This document shows, piece after piece, positions 62,027-64,000 of a DNA stretch of 64,000 bases. The DNA is from Mustelus asterias (lineage: Eukaryota): NCBI RefSeq assembly GCF_964213995.1, contig NC_135804.1, positions 68,696,001 to 68,760,000 on the forward strand. Direction: 5' to 3'. Every line of letters starts with the position of its first letter. Within the stretch, counting starts at the first letter, position 1. The position numbers and the translations under genes are program-made. The notes under the pieces were generated by a model, which saw only the letters and a program-made list of their open reading frames with translations, did not search any database and was not told the DNA's origin.

Positions 62027-63256
62027 TGTGAGAAACGAAGCTCACTTTGCAAATAATTTACTCCAAGTCAAATTCTGAAGTAGCAAACACTTTTATTTAA
62101 CAGTCTTGCAAGAACGGGTGGCTCGCAAATAGTCACACACTGGATTATCTCTCATATACTTTTATATAATTTCTTTGTGTCTCTCAATCCCTCCCCTTCC
62201 CCACAGTTGGTGTTCGTGTTATCGGATATAAGACCATAAGACCATAAGACATAGGAGCGGAAGTAAGGCCATTCGGCCCATCGAGTCCACTCCACCATTC
62301 AATCATGGTTGATTTCAACTCCATTTACCCGCTCTCTCCCCATAGCCCTTAATTCCTCGAGAAATCAAGAATTTATCAATTTCTGTCTTGAAGACGCTCA
62401 ACGTCTCGGCCTCCACAGCCCTCTGTGGCAATGAATTCCACAGACCCACCACTCTCTGGCTGAAGAAATTTCTCCTCATCTCTGTTCTAAAGTGACTCCC
62501 TTTTATTCTAAGGCTGTGCCCCTGCGTCCTAGTCTCCCCTGTTAATGGAAACAACTTCCCTACGTCCATCCTATCTAAGCCGTTCATTATCTTGTAAGTT
62601 TCTATCAGATCTCCCCTCAACCTCCTAAACTCCAATGAATATAATCCCACGATCCTCAGACGTTCATCGTATGTCAGGCCTACCATTCCTTGCCTCGAAT
62701 ACCATGGGCCCTTATTTTACTCAGCAGTCTCCCGTGAGGCACCTTGTCAAAGGCCTTTTGGAAGTCAAGATAGATAACATCCATTGGCTCTCCTTGGTCT
62801 AACCTATTTGTTATCTCTTCAAAGAACTCTAACAGGTTTGTCAGGCACGACCTCCCCTTACTAAATCCATGCTGACTTGTCTTAATCCGACCCTGCACTT
62901 CCAAGAATTTAGAAATCTCATCCTTAACGATGGATTCTAGAATTTTGCCAACAACTGAGGTTAGGCTAATTGGCCTAACCTCACCTATCATAAGCCCTAG
63001 GTTTACTCCGCCTTTGTTTACTGCCCTTGCTATCCAATTTGGCAGTCCCCATCCATGTTTACTTTGTCCCTTATTTGGCTGTTCCCTCCCATCCTTATCT
63101 CCCATTTTCACGCCACTTTCTGTGTGAACGCCCACAGTGTACGTGACAAGCTGCAGTCCTGGCTTTCCTTTGTCCCAGCCAGTTTATCCCTATCCATACC
63201 TTATCAGTCGTCTTGTGATTCTCCTGCAGAAGCAACATTCTTATCTGTTTTTGACA
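62027..63256 (-). repeat. ERV-D 3' LTR, split by CR1 62228-62976
   Basis: TG...CA ends; PPT AGAAAAGAAAAAGGGGGGAC on the minus strand at 63257-63276; antisense AATAAA at about 62092 and TATA at about 62161. Confidence 0.8.
62228..62976 (-). mobile_element. Truncated, internally deleted CR1
   Basis: RT N-terminal part (…HGIRGK) joined directly to the C-terminal part (MVGLTYDERL); (TCTTATGG)n tail. Confidence 0.9.
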
Positions 63257-64000
63257 GTCCCCCCTTTTTCTTTTCTGGTTCACACTTGTTGCCTTCTGCA
63301 AACAAGGGGGAGGTATCACAGGCTGCCTCAAACTTCTCAAGCATTATCCCGGCAGCCTCATTCAATTTTGTAATTTCATCTCTGCCATCTAACAAGTACA
63401 CACCTTCCACTTTATTATTCTTTCGGGACATTTGTTTCATCAGAGCTGTCTCAATTAGTCGCTGAATCAGCCCTCGTACACAGAGTATAACACAGCATCC
63501 CACCGTTATCAGCAGTCCGGCCACCACTATCAGGGGGGTGAAAATTGAGGCCACTATGTTTTTCCATTTCCCGAACCACGTGTCCAACCACCCAGTGATT
63601 GATGTGTCTACTCCTGAATTTTTGGCCATTTCTTCCGCAAGGGTAGTTAATCCCCGCAAAGCCCGAGTGATTGTCCCATCAGGTGCCGTGTTGTTCGGGA
63701 TAAAAGTGCAAGAATTTTCTCCCAGCATCACACACACACCTCCTTTCTCAGCCAATAGCATATCTAAAGCCATTCTATTCTCCCAAGCCATCCTGCTGGT
63801 GGCATCTAGTTGTTCGGCTATGCCTTTTACTGCATCCCTGGTATAATTAATAAACCTCTGCTGGTTATAGTAAATATAGTTTATCCAATCTACATTTTTG
63901 TTGATCATAACCCAACAAAAGAGAGAGGACTCGAAGCCCGCCGCAATCTGGTTGCGAGCCTTAAATTCATCAGGTACTCCCCTTGGTATACCCAAAGAGT
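63204..64000 (-). CDS. env: ERV-D env TM subunit (epsilon/ZFERV-like), continues outside the window
   Basis: GIPRGVPDEFKARNQIAAGFES, NVDWINYIYYNQQRF, ISD ENRMALDMLLAEKGGVC and TM anchor. CX6CC appears as CX6SC. Confidence 0.92.
   Translation of the reverse strand, partial: SLGIPRGVPDEFKARNQIAAGFESSLFCWVMINKNVDWINYIYYNQQRFINYTRDAVKGIAEQLDATSRMAWENRMALDMLLAEKGGVCVMLGENSCTFIPNNTAPDGTITRALRGLTTLAEEMAKNSGVDTSITGWLDTWFGKWKNIVASIFTPLIVVAGLLITVGCCVILCVRGLIQRLIETALMKQMSRKNNKVEGVYLLDGRDEITKLNEAAGIMLEKFEAACDTSPLFAEGNKCEPEKKKGGLSKTDKNVASAGESQDD

Noticed and set aside
1-64000. CRISPR arrays or prokaryotic operons
   Set aside because: No regularly spaced repeat-spacer array; the content is eukaryotic retroelement DNA.

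Overview
Vertebrate genomic DNA, most likely from a cartilaginous fish (shark). That assignment is inferred from HE1-type and SacSINE-type SINEs and the CR1 families present. The window is almost entirely nested transposable elements. The only host-gene signal is a degenerate Ig C1-set exon (1756-2064) and a transmembrane exon (about 4762-4872), probably a SIRP-like immune-receptor pseudogene. There are four large LTR elements. (A) A complete, very young epsilon-like ERV (15101-24812, +) with apparently identical 727-bp LTRs, CTAC TSD, amber gag-pol readthrough, a 2H-phosphoesterase-like domain between protease and RT, two frameshifts and an internally deleted env. (B) A degraded Gmr1-type Ty3/Gypsy element with integrase upstream of RT (about 43334-48401, -). 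(C) An older class III/SnRV-like ERV with a tRNA-Phe PBS, a class I-type env and a duplicated integrase C-terminus (48402-62026, -), inserted in B. (D) The 3' LTR and env of a third ERV (62027-64000, -), inserted in the 5' LTR of C. Also present are many CR1 LINEs (one full-length, with an SGNH-esterase ORF1), L2 and Tx1 fragments, solo LTRs, a Harbinger-like MITE and palindromic Penelope remnants carrying minimal hammerhead ribozyme motifs. The most intriguing observations are a full-length CR1 whose 5' end starts at a Penelope hammerhead cleavage site, the 2H domain in ERV pol, a possible CUG-initiated Gag extension, and a Tx1 insertion whose target site resembles the hammerhead core. All calls were made by eye without database searches.
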